NCBI GenBank assembly: GCA_020852515.1
Contig: JADZAS010000016.1
Location: 186,155-250,154, forward strand
Direction of reading: 5' to 3'
DNA: 64,000 nt
Origin: Phycisphaerales bacterium
GTDB lineage: Bacteria > Planctomycetota > Phycisphaerae > Phycisphaerales > UBA5793
The position numbers and the translations under genes were made by a program. Under the pieces are notes generated by a model that searched no databases, was not told where the DNA came from, and saw only the letters and a program-made list of their open reading frames with translations. The number at the start of each line of letters is the position of its first letter. The stretch's first letter is position 1. This document shows positions 49,212-57,508 of the stretch, in pieces.

Positions 49212-50495
49212 TCATTGGTTGCCCACCGACTCGATCATCGTGACCAGCGGCATGAACAGCGCCACGACGATCGTGCCGACGATCACGCCGAGAATCACGA
49301 CCATGAGCGGTTCGAGCAGGGAGATGAGCGAGCTGACTGCGACTTCGACTTCTTCGTCGTAGTTGTCGGCGACTTTGAGAAGCATCGCATCGAGGTCGCC
49401 GGTCTCTTCGCCAACGTCCACCATGTTCACGACGATCGCATCCACGACCTTCGTTTCGCGCAGCGGGTTGGCGAAGGACTCGCCTTCGCGGATCGAGTCG
49501 TGCACTTTCGTCAGCGCCTTCTCATACACATAGTTGCCCGACGTGTCGCGCGTGATCATGATCGCTTCGAGGATCGGCACGCCGGCCGAAATGAGCGTTC
49601 CAAGCGTTCGCGTGAATCGCGCGACCGTCGCCTTCTTGATCAGCGGCCCGATCAGCGGCAGATACAGCTTGATTCGATCGACCACCGCCCGGCCCGGCTC
49701 GGTCTTGCGCACCAGTTTGATGAACAGGAACGCAATGAAAGGCGAGAAAATAACCCACACGGCGCCAGGGATCGTCTGCCCCGGATCGGCCGCGGCCATC
49801 CATCGGCTGGTGTCGATGAGCCACACCGTCAGGCCGGGCAGCTCAATCTCGAAGTCGATGAAAATCTCCTGGAATTTGGGAATGACGAACACCATGATGC
49901 CCGAGACGATGAGCACCGCGATGCTGATGACTGCCGCCGGGTAGATCATGGCGCCGCGAATCTTCGCCCGCAGCCGCTGGGCCTTTTCGAGAAAGTCCGC
50001 CAGGCGCTGAAGGATGAGGTCGAGCACGCCGCCGACCTCGCCGGCCGCCACCATCTTGACGTACAACCGGTCGAACGCCTTGGGCTGTTTGGCCATCGCG
50101 TCTGAAAGCGTGCTGCCGCCTTCGACGTCTTCGGCGATTTCGCCGATGATGTTCTTCATCATGCCCGGCTTCTGCTGCTGCTCGAGCACCTGCAGCGAAC
50201 GCAGCAGCGAGAGGCCTGCGTCCTGCAGCGTGGACAGCTGCCGCGTGAACTGCGTGAGCGTCTTGACCTTCACGCGGCCGATGTTGATGCTGATCTCGCC
50301 CTTCTTCTTCTTGCGCTTGGTCGTTTTGGCGGCTTCGGTCTTGGGCCCGCCCTTGCTCTTGCGCTCGCGCACCGACGTGGGGAAGAACCCCTGGCTCTTG
50401 ATCTTGGTGATCGCCTCGTCGCTGGTGCCGGCGTCAATCTCGCCCTTGCGAGGCTTGCCGGACGCGTCGAGCGCTTCATACGCGAATGTGGGCAT
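49212..50495 (-). CDS. type II secretion/type IV pilus platform protein GspF/PilC family
   Basis: 427 aa; two GspF repeats with three transmembrane helices. Confidence 0.85.
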   Translation of the reverse strand: MPTFAYEALDASGKPRKGEIDAGTSDEAITKIKSQGFFPTSVRERKSKGGPKTEAAKTTKRKKKKGEISINIGRVKVKTLTQFTRQLSTLQDAGLSLLRSLQVLEQQQKPGMMKNIIGEIAEDVEGGSTLSDAMAKQPKAFDRLYVKMVAAGEVGGVLDLILQRLADFLEKAQRLRAKIRGAMIYPAAVISIAVLIVSGIMVFVIPKFQEIFIDFEIELPGLTVWLIDTSRWMAAADPGQTIPGAVWVIFSPFIAFLFIKLVRKTEPGRAVVDRIKLYLPLIGPLIKKATVARFTRTLGTLISAGVPILEAIMITRDTSGNYVYEKALTKVHDSIREGESFANPLRETKVVDAIVVNMVDVGEETGDLDAMLLKVADNYDEEVEVAVSSLISLLEPLMVVILGVIVGTIVVALFMPLVTMIESVGNQ

Positions 50496-50594
50496 GGTGG
50501 CTGCTCCGAATGCCGATGCGGCGATGCTCGCCGCCTGTCTGATCTTCGTTCAACCGACCGTCGCCCGCGGCGACGCGCCGATCACTCCCCGCCT

Positions 50595-52328
50595 CTAATC
50601 CTCTTCACTGATCGTTTCACGGATCACTTCGTCGATCGTCGTCTGTCCTTCGTAGATCGCGTTCAGGCCCGACTCGCGCAGGCTGCGCATGCCGCGCTTG
50701 CGGGACTCGGCCCGCAGCACGCCCACGCTCGCCTGCTTCATGATCATCTCGCGGATGTCGTCGTCGATCGTCATGATCTCGAAGATGGCCATGCGCCCCT
50801 TGAAGCCCGAGTTGTTGCACGCTTCGCAGCCTTTGCCGCGGAAGAACGTGCGGCCGCGCACGTCTTCGGGCCGCAGGTCGAGTTCCATCAACTCGGCCTC
50901 CGACGGGTTGTACTGCTCCTTGCACTTGACGCAGATGCGCCGCACCAGGCGCTGAGCCACGATCGCTTCGATCGTCGCCGTCAGAAGGAAGGCCTCGAGT
51001 CCGAGGTCCAGCAGACGCACAATCGAACTGGGCGCGTCGTTGGTGTGCAGCGTCGTGAACACAAGGTGGCCCGTGAGCGACGCCTGGACGGCGATCTCCG
51101 CCGTCTCCTTGTCGCGGATTTCGCCCACCAGGATGATGTCCGGATCCTGACGCAGAAAACTTCGCAGCGTTCGCGCGAACGTGAGGCCGATTTCGGCGTT
51201 CATCTGCACCTGGCACAGGCCGTCGATGTCGTATTCGACCGGGTCCTCGGCCGTGAGGATCTTGACCTCCGGCGTGTTCAGGGTGTTGAGCGCCGCGTAG
51301 AGCGTGGTCGTCTTGCCGCTGCCGGTCGGACCGGTCACGATGATGATGCCGTTGGGCTTGTTGACGAGCTGGCGGAACTTCTGGAACTCGTCCTGCCGCA
51401 GCCCGATCTTGTCGAGGCTCAACTGCACGTTGGAGCGGTCGAGCACACGCATGACCACCGACTCCCCGAAAATCGTCGGGAGCACCGAAACGCGCAAGTC
51501 CACCGGATTGCCGCCGACCTGCAGTTCGATGCGGCCGTCCTGTGGCAGGCGGCGCTCGGCGATGTCCAGGTTCGACATGACCTTGATGCGCGAAGCGATC
51601 GGCATCGCCAGGTACGTCGGCGGAGGGATCATCTCGTAGAGCACGCCGTCGATGCGGTAGCGCATCTTGAATTCATCTTCAAACGGCTCGAAGTGGATGT
51701 CCGACGCGCGGTCTCGGATGGCCTGGAGCAGAACGAGGTTGATCAGTTTGATGACTTGGTTGTCGTGCGCCGCCGCCGCAATCTCGCTCAGGTCGATCGA
51801 ATCACCGCGGCCCTGGAACTGGGCCAGGTCCTCGCGACCGGCAAGTTCGTCGTACATCGACGTCAGGCCGGTATCCGCAGCGGAATAGTGCTTCTTGATG
51901 AACTCGGTTACCTGCTTTTCGGGCGCCAGCACAGCCGTGACCTTGAAGCCCATGAGCAGTCGCAAGTCATCGACCGCCGAAAAGTTGTCCGGCGACTTGA
52001 TGGCGACGGTGATGTGCCGGCCTTTGGCCTCAAAGTCGATCGGAGCGACCTGGTAGGCGTTGGCCGATACGGCAGGCAGCGCCGCGATCGCTTCTTCGTT
52101 CACCGGGAGCGACTCGAGATCCACCAGTTCCATGCCGGCCTGGTAAGCGAGCGCTTTGAGGATGTCATCTTCTTTGATGTAGCCAAGTTCGCAAAGCGCC
52201 TCGCCGAGCCGGCACTTGCGCTTTTTCTGAAGGGCAAGACCCTCGTAAACCTGCTCGCGGGACACCTTGCCCATCTTGGTCAGGACGCGTCCGAACTTCC
52301 GTCCTTTGTATTCTGAAAGATCTGCCAT
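50595..52328 (-). CDS. type II/IV secretion system ATPase (GspE/PilB family) with N-terminal T2SE_Nter domain
   Basis: Walker A TGPTGSGKTTT; Asp/His boxes; C-terminal tetracysteine CVKCK...CEAC. Confidence 0.85.
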   Translation of the reverse strand: MADLSEYKGRKFGRVLTKMGKVSREQVYEGLALQKKRKCRLGEALCELGYIKEDDILKALAYQAGMELVDLESLPVNEEAIAALPAVSANAYQVAPIDFEAKGRHITVAIKSPDNFSAVDDLRLLMGFKVTAVLAPEKQVTEFIKKHYSAADTGLTSMYDELAGREDLAQFQGRGDSIDLSEIAAAAHDNQVIKLINLVLLQAIRDRASDIHFEPFEDEFKMRYRIDGVLYEMIPPPTYLAMPIASRIKVMSNLDIAERRLPQDGRIELQVGGNPVDLRVSVLPTIFGESVVMRVLDRSNVQLSLDKIGLRQDEFQKFRQLVNKPNGIIIVTGPTGSGKTTTLYAALNTLNTPEVKILTAEDPVEYDIDGLCQVQMNAEIGLTFARTLRSFLRQDPDIILVGEIRDKETAEIAVQASLTGHLVFTTLHTNDAPSSIVRLLDLGLEAFLLTATIEAIVAQRLVRRICVKCKEQYNPSEAELMELDLRPEDVRGRTFFRGKGCEACNNSGFKGRMAIFEIMTIDDDIREMIMKQASVGVLRAESRKRGMRSLRESGLNAIYEGQTTIDEVIRETISEED

Positions 52329-52704
52329 GATCCCGCTTTCACAGTTGGGCAACACGGGAGTGGTCCGGCACGCTGTGCCTCGCACCGGGCCACCCCCGGC
52401 TACCTAGTTCCATTATTGCCGCGAATCCAGAGTCCAACAACCCACAAAAACGAATTGAAACGTTATTTCTCGTAGATTTCAGTGCTCTTTTGTGGTTTCA
52501 AAACCAAATTGATCCGCCGGAGGTCCTTTTCCGCGCCACGTCCGGCGCGCCGGAAGAGGCTCGAAACGGCTCTGAACTTGCCGTGAATCGCCTCCTCCCG
52601 ATGAACAGCGTGCGCGGACGGTGGCTGAGTTCCATCACCCGAAAGAGTGAGTCCGCAGCAGTTACGCAGGAGAAAGTTGATCCGCGCTGGCCCGATCGTC
52701 TGGC

Positions 52705-53814
52705 TCACTCTTCCGACTCGTCGAGTTCGGTCCGACCCACCACCCCGCCGGAGCGGTGCACTTTTTCCGTCAGATCGCTCGGATTCTTGCCCTTGTCGAT
52801 CATCTCGTCGGCCGAGATCAAACCTCGCTCGTAGAGGGACCAGAGGTGGTCGTCGAGCAGCTGCATGCCGAACTTCTTGCCGGTCTGGATGGCCGAGTCG
52901 ATGCGGAAGACCTTGTTCTCGCGGATGAGGTTGGCGATGGCGGGGGTGACGACAAGGAACTCGTATGCAGCCACGCGGCCGGGCTTGTCCACCCGCGCCA
53001 GCAGCGCCTGGCTGAGGATGCAGATCAGGGTGACCGACAACTGAACGCGCACCTGCTCCTGCTGGTTGGTCGGGAAGGCGTCGATGACGCGGTTGATCGT
53101 GCCCGCGGCGCCGGTGGTGTGCAGGGTGGCAAAGACCAAGTGGCCGGTTTCGGCGGCTGTGATGGCCGCTTCGATCGTCTCCAGGTCGCGCATTTCGCCG
53201 ACGAGGATCACATCCGGGTCCTGACGCAGCACGCGCCGGAGCGATTCGGAGAACGAGGGGACATCCACCCCCACTTCGCGCTGGTTCACGATCGATTTCT
53301 TGTGCGGGTGGTAGTATTCGATCGGGTCTTCGATCGTCACAATGTGGTGGTCCATGTTGACGTTGATGTAGTCAATCATGGTCGCCAGCGAGGTCGTCTT
53401 GCCCGAGCCGGTCGGCCCCGTCACGAGAAACAGGCCGCGCGGCCGGCGGATCAGTTCCTTGCAGATCGGAGGCAGGCCGATCTGCTCGAACGACATGATC
53501 TTGTTGGGAATCTGCCGAAGCACCAGCGAGAGCGAGCCCTTCTGGCGGAAGACGGAGACGCGGAAACGCGCCTCCTCGCCGTAGGCAAAGCCGAAGTCGC
53601 AGGTGCCCTCTTCCTGCAGTTCCTGCTGGCTGCGCTCGGAGGTGATCGACTTCATCAGCGCCATGGTGTCGTCGGGGCCGAGCATCTTGGTGTTGAGTTC
53701 GCGCAGGCGGCCGTGAAGGCGGATGGTTGGCTTGCGGCCCACGGCCAGGTGCAGGTCCGAGGCGCCCTGGCGAATGACGGTTTCAAGCAGTCGGTCGATC
53801 TGAAGCGTGGACAT
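52705..53814 (-). CDS. type IV pilus retraction ATPase PilT family
   Basis: 369 aa; Walker A GPTGSGKTT; PilT signature AIRNLIRE-like (AIANLIRENK); no N-terminal extension. Confidence 0.85.
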   Translation of the reverse strand: MSTLQIDRLLETVIRQGASDLHLAVGRKPTIRLHGRLRELNTKMLGPDDTMALMKSITSERSQQELQEEGTCDFGFAYGEEARFRVSVFRQKGSLSLVLRQIPNKIMSFEQIGLPPICKELIRRPRGLFLVTGPTGSGKTTSLATMIDYINVNMDHHIVTIEDPIEYYHPHKKSIVNQREVGVDVPSFSESLRRVLRQDPDVILVGEMRDLETIEAAITAAETGHLVFATLHTTGAAGTINRVIDAFPTNQQEQVRVQLSVTLICILSQALLARVDKPGRVAAYEFLVVTPAIANLIRENKVFRIDSAIQTGKKFGMQLLDDHLWSLYERGLISADEMIDKGKNPSDLTEKVHRSGGVVGRTELDESEE

Positions 53815-53892
53815 TGGCGTTTGCTTTCTTCAGGAGTCCGGGGCCCGGCGCGGCGAGCCGATACGCGATTTCAACACCAGGGCGAAGGTCCC

Positions 53893-55620
53893 TTATTCCT
53901 CGACGATACCCGCTACCTGGGCCACGCGCGCGATCTCGGCCGGCGTGGTGACGCCGCTGAGGATCTTGATGCGGCCGTCGCCCAGCAGCGGCCGCATGCC
54001 CGACGCGAGGGCCTCGGCTCGAATGGCGGCCAGCGACTCGCGCCGGAAGGCCATGTCGCGCAGCGTGGAGTTCATCAGCATCATTTCGAAGATGGCCTTA
54101 CGGCCGCGGAAGCCGGTGCCGCCGCAGTTGGCGCAGCCGACCGCCTTATAGATCGTCTTCGTCTGGCGATCCTGGGCCGTGATGCCGCACAGATTGAGAA
54201 ACTTGGGATCGGGCTGGTCGTCGGCCGCGCGACACTTGGGGCAGAGCACGCGGATGAGCCGCTGGGCCATGACGGCCTGGATGGAACTGGCCACCAGGAA
54301 CGGCGGCACGCCCATGTCGATTAGACGCGTGATCGCCGAAGGCGCGTCGTTGGTGTGCAGCGTGCTGAACACGAGGTGGCCGGTAAGGGCGGCCTGGATG
54401 GCAACCTCCGCCACTTCGCGGTCGCGGATTTCGCCCACGAGCACAATGTTGGGCGCCTGACGGAGCATCGATCGGAGAATCGACGGGAAGGTCAGGCCGA
54501 TCTTCTCTCGCACCTGGCACTGGTTGATCCCGGTGAAGTTGTATTCGACCGGGTCTTCGGCCGTGATGATCTTCTTGTCCGGCCGATTGAGCACTGACAG
54601 CGCCGAATAGAGCGTGGTCGTCTTGCCCGAGCCGGTCGGGCCCGTTACGAGGAAGATGCCATTGGGCCGGCGGATGATGCGGTTGAAGACTTCGAGATTG
54701 TCTCGCTCGAAGCCGAGACTCTCGAGGCCGATGCGCACCGAATCGGGGCGCAGAATACGCAGCACGATCGACTCGCCGTGGTACGCCGGACATGAACTGA
54801 CGCGGAAGTCAATCATCGCGTTGTCCACGTTCATTTTGATGCGGCCGTCCTGCGGCAGGCGCTTCTCGGCGATGTTGACGCCCGCCATGAGCTTGATGCG
54901 AGCCAGCACCGCGTTCTGCATGCGCTTCGGAAGATCGTCGCGGATGTGGCACACGCCGTCAATGCGATAGCGCAGGCGCACGCGATCGACGAAGGGCTCG
55001 ACATGGATATCCGAAGCGCGGCTGCGCACGGCCTCGGTGATGATGCGGCTGACCAGTTTGATGACCGGCGCATCCTCGCCAGCCGCGATGTCGATCGACG
55101 AGTCGACCGACTTGTCCATCGTGACGTCGATGGACTCGGTGACGAACGAGCCGGCCTCTTCGAACATCGACTTGCCCGCGGCGGGCCCGCCGAGGCGATT
55201 GTCGATGTAGGCCTTGATGTCGCTGCGCGGCGAGACCTTGGTGTCGATCTCGCAGTTCAGGCGGAAGCGCAGCATGTCAAGCAACTGCAGATCCATGGGA
55301 TCGTGAATCAGCAGCTTCAGTCGGCCGTTGGTCTTGTTCAGTGGCAGGACAAAGTGCTTCTTGATCAGGTCCTCCGGGAGCAGGTCGAACTGGACCTTTT
55401 CAGTGGCGCCCGGGGCATTGAGATCGAAGAATTCGAGGCCGAACTGCTGGGCGATCGCCTTGGCGCAGTCCGATTCCTGGACGAACCCGAGATCCACGAG
55501 GGTGTCGCCGAGCCGCTTGCCCTGGCCCTTGGCCACTTCCAGCGCTTGTGCGAGTTGTTTGTCGTCGAGTTTGCCCTCTTGAACGAGGAGCTCCCCGAGT
55601 TTGAGGCGCTTTCTGGCCAT
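53893..55620 (-). CDS. type IV pilus assembly ATPase PilB/GspE family
   Basis: N-terminal T2SE_Nter domain; Walker A GPTGSGKTTT; C-terminal CPKC...CANC zinc motif. Confidence 0.85.
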   Translation of the reverse strand: MARKRLKLGELLVQEGKLDDKQLAQALEVAKGQGKRLGDTLVDLGFVQESDCAKAIAQQFGLEFFDLNAPGATEKVQFDLLPEDLIKKHFVLPLNKTNGRLKLLIHDPMDLQLLDMLRFRLNCEIDTKVSPRSDIKAYIDNRLGGPAAGKSMFEEAGSFVTESIDVTMDKSVDSSIDIAAGEDAPVIKLVSRIITEAVRSRASDIHVEPFVDRVRLRYRIDGVCHIRDDLPKRMQNAVLARIKLMAGVNIAEKRLPQDGRIKMNVDNAMIDFRVSSCPAYHGESIVLRILRPDSVRIGLESLGFERDNLEVFNRIIRRPNGIFLVTGPTGSGKTTTLYSALSVLNRPDKKIITAEDPVEYNFTGINQCQVREKIGLTFPSILRSMLRQAPNIVLVGEIRDREVAEVAIQAALTGHLVFSTLHTNDAPSAITRLIDMGVPPFLVASSIQAVMAQRLIRVLCPKCRAADDQPDPKFLNLCGITAQDRQTKTIYKAVGCANCGGTGFRGRKAIFEMMLMNSTLRDMAFRRESLAAIRAEALASGMRPLLGDGRIKILSGVTTPAEIARVAQVAGIVEE

Positions 55621-55881
55621 GAGGCTCCGTTCCAGTCCGTCAGTGTTCGCCCGGTCTCATCGAAAGAATCACAGCGCCCGGCCCGAAAATGGGTCGACTG
55701 GACGCCGCGATCGCATCACTGACATTATCCTCAAATGGCGGGAGTCGCCACCGATGACCCCGATGTGAGTGCGCAAAATGCGAGGTACAGGCCCCAACCT
55801 GCCCCCGTCGCGCGATCATCCAGCGAGTTCCAATTCGCGTGATCACCCTCTCCGGTTCCATGCCATTCACCGGGTGCCGCT

Positions 55882-56814
55882 CTACGGCTCAGCTCCGCGC
55901 GAATCCGCGTCGAGCGCGATGCTCGGCTCCCAGGTGAGCCATTCATCCTCCGCTTTCGCGGCCAATTCAAAGACATGCCCGTTGTGGACGGGATCGCCTG
56001 TTTTCTTGTCCGGGGTGGCGAAGGCGACTCCGCCTGTGAGGATCGATTCGAGCGAGTCGGCTCGGAGTGTCAGTCCGCCGAACAGACCGAAATCAACGCC
56101 CACTCCGCTGGCGTTCCAGAATTGCGAGTTATCGCGCACGAGCGGCACAAACGCCGGCTCGATGGCCGCCAGAACCTCCACGCGCGTGGAATCCGGACTC
56201 AGCCGAACGTCAATAACGCGGCCGACCCGCATGTCGCGGTAGGTCACCGGCGCGCCGATGGTCACCGAGCCGCGGCGCGTAGCTTGCAGCACGATTTCAA
56301 GCGTCCCGGGCAGCAACTTGCCGATCGGCGGCGGCGATTCGAGACCCTCGAAGCGCGTCTTTCGAGGCGAGCCGACCTCGGCAGGCGCCACCTCGATGTA
56401 GCGCGGGCCGAGCAGCGCATCCAAACCCGTCACGCCCTTGAGGCTGACTTCCGGCCGCACGATCCAGTACTGCGTGCCTTCGGCCGCGAGCGGCTCGGAG
56501 TCTGGAAACAAGCGCACGCTGACAATGACGCCTTGGAGGTCTCCGTCGAGACGCACGCGCTCGACGACGCCGACCTGAACGCCGCGGCAGTTGACGGGGT
56601 CGTTGGCGGAAATGCCGCGCCCGTTGGCAAAGGTGATCTGAATGGGCAAGCCTCGTTCGCGGATCGCCTGGTAGGCCAGCGCCGCAACGGCAACGAGAGC
56701 GATGGCCGGCGCCAGCCACGCCCAGGACCCCCACGCCCGGCGCGGCACGATGCGAGCTTCGGGCAACGCGTCGGTTGCCGCAGGTTCGCGTTCCGGATCG
56801 GCCGAATCGCTCAT
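55882..56814 (-). CDS. PqiB/MlaD-like MCE-domain protein
   Basis: Internal start MSDSADP whose ATG overlaps the pqiA-like stop (ATGA). Transmembrane anchor then two MCE-like beta domains. Confidence 0.65.
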   Translation of the reverse strand: MSDSADPEREPAATDALPEARIVPRRAWGSWAWLAPAIALVAVAALAYQAIRERGLPIQITFANGRGISANDPVNCRGVQVGVVERVRLDGDLQGVIVSVRLFPDSEPLAAEGTQYWIVRPEVSLKGVTGLDALLGPRYIEVAPAEVGSPRKTRFEGLESPPPIGKLLPGTLEIVLQATRRGSVTIGAPVTYRDMRVGRVIDVRLSPDSTRVEVLAAIEPAFVPLVRDNSQFWNASGVGVDFGLFGGLTLRADSLESILTGGVAFATPDKKTGDPVHNGHVFELAAKAEDEWLTWEPSIALDADSRGAEP

Positions 56815-57428
56815 GCAGATTCCTCCTCCTGCCAGATGGCTTCCGGATCGAAAACGGCCGAGGCGAGCAGACTGAGCACGACGACTCCAGCGAACGCCGC
56901 GGCACCCGGCCCGGGATGGACGCGCAGCCAACTGCCGAGTTTCACGACGGCCACGAGCAGGGCGACGAGCAGCACATCCACCATGCCCCAGCGGCCGATC
57001 CATTCGAGCATGCGATAGGTCATTGCTCGGTGCCGGCCATGCAGGAACATCTCGCCCGAACAAATCAAAAAGGTGGCCAGGATCTTGGCCAGCGGGATGA
57101 CGATGGAACAGAGCAGCACGATGACGGCGACGAGTATGGAACCCTCGGCAAGCAGATCGACTACGCCGGACCAGATGGTCGCACCATGCGTGTGCCCCAT
57201 CTGTTCGATCTCGATGACGGGCAGGAGCATCGCGGCTGGATAGAGAATGAGAGCCGCCAGTGCGAAGGCCGCAGATCGCGCCATCGACTTAGGCGCAGCC
57301 GGTCCTCGCAGGCGCGCATCGCATCGGTGGCAGCGGGCCTCAAAGCCCTCGCCGTGCGCCGCCGCGCGCTGAATCAGCCCGCAACATCGACACGAACGCA
57401 AAGCGCCCAGGGGGGGGTTCTCACTCAC
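56811..57428 (-). CDS. PqiA-like paraquat-inducible protein A family membrane protein
   Basis: N-terminal CxxC...CxxC zinc ribbon then four transmembrane helices, PqiA half-domain architecture. Confidence 0.65.
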   Translation of the reverse strand: MSENPPLGALRSCRCCGLIQRAAAHGEGFEARCHRCDARLRGPAAPKSMARSAAFALAALILYPAAMLLPVIEIEQMGHTHGATIWSGVVDLLAEGSILVAVIVLLCSIVIPLAKILATFLICSGEMFLHGRHRAMTYRMLEWIGRWGMVDVLLVALLVAVVKLGSWLRVHPGPGAAAFAGVVVLSLLASAVFDPEAIWQEEESA

Positions 57429-57508
57429 GCCAGAGTGTAGAACGAGCCGGCGTCGCGGTCGGCTCGGCGCGGGTGCCGCCGCGCCGGCGAAACCTCTAGA
57501 ATCGCCCT

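Noticed and set aside
48437-57018. Long + strand ORFs across gspF/gspE/pilT/pilB/pqiB (48855..50105, 51045..52316, 52756..54324, 54946..55722, 55975..57018)
   Set aside because: Antisense to genes with Walker A/B motifs. R/H/D/G-rich translations.
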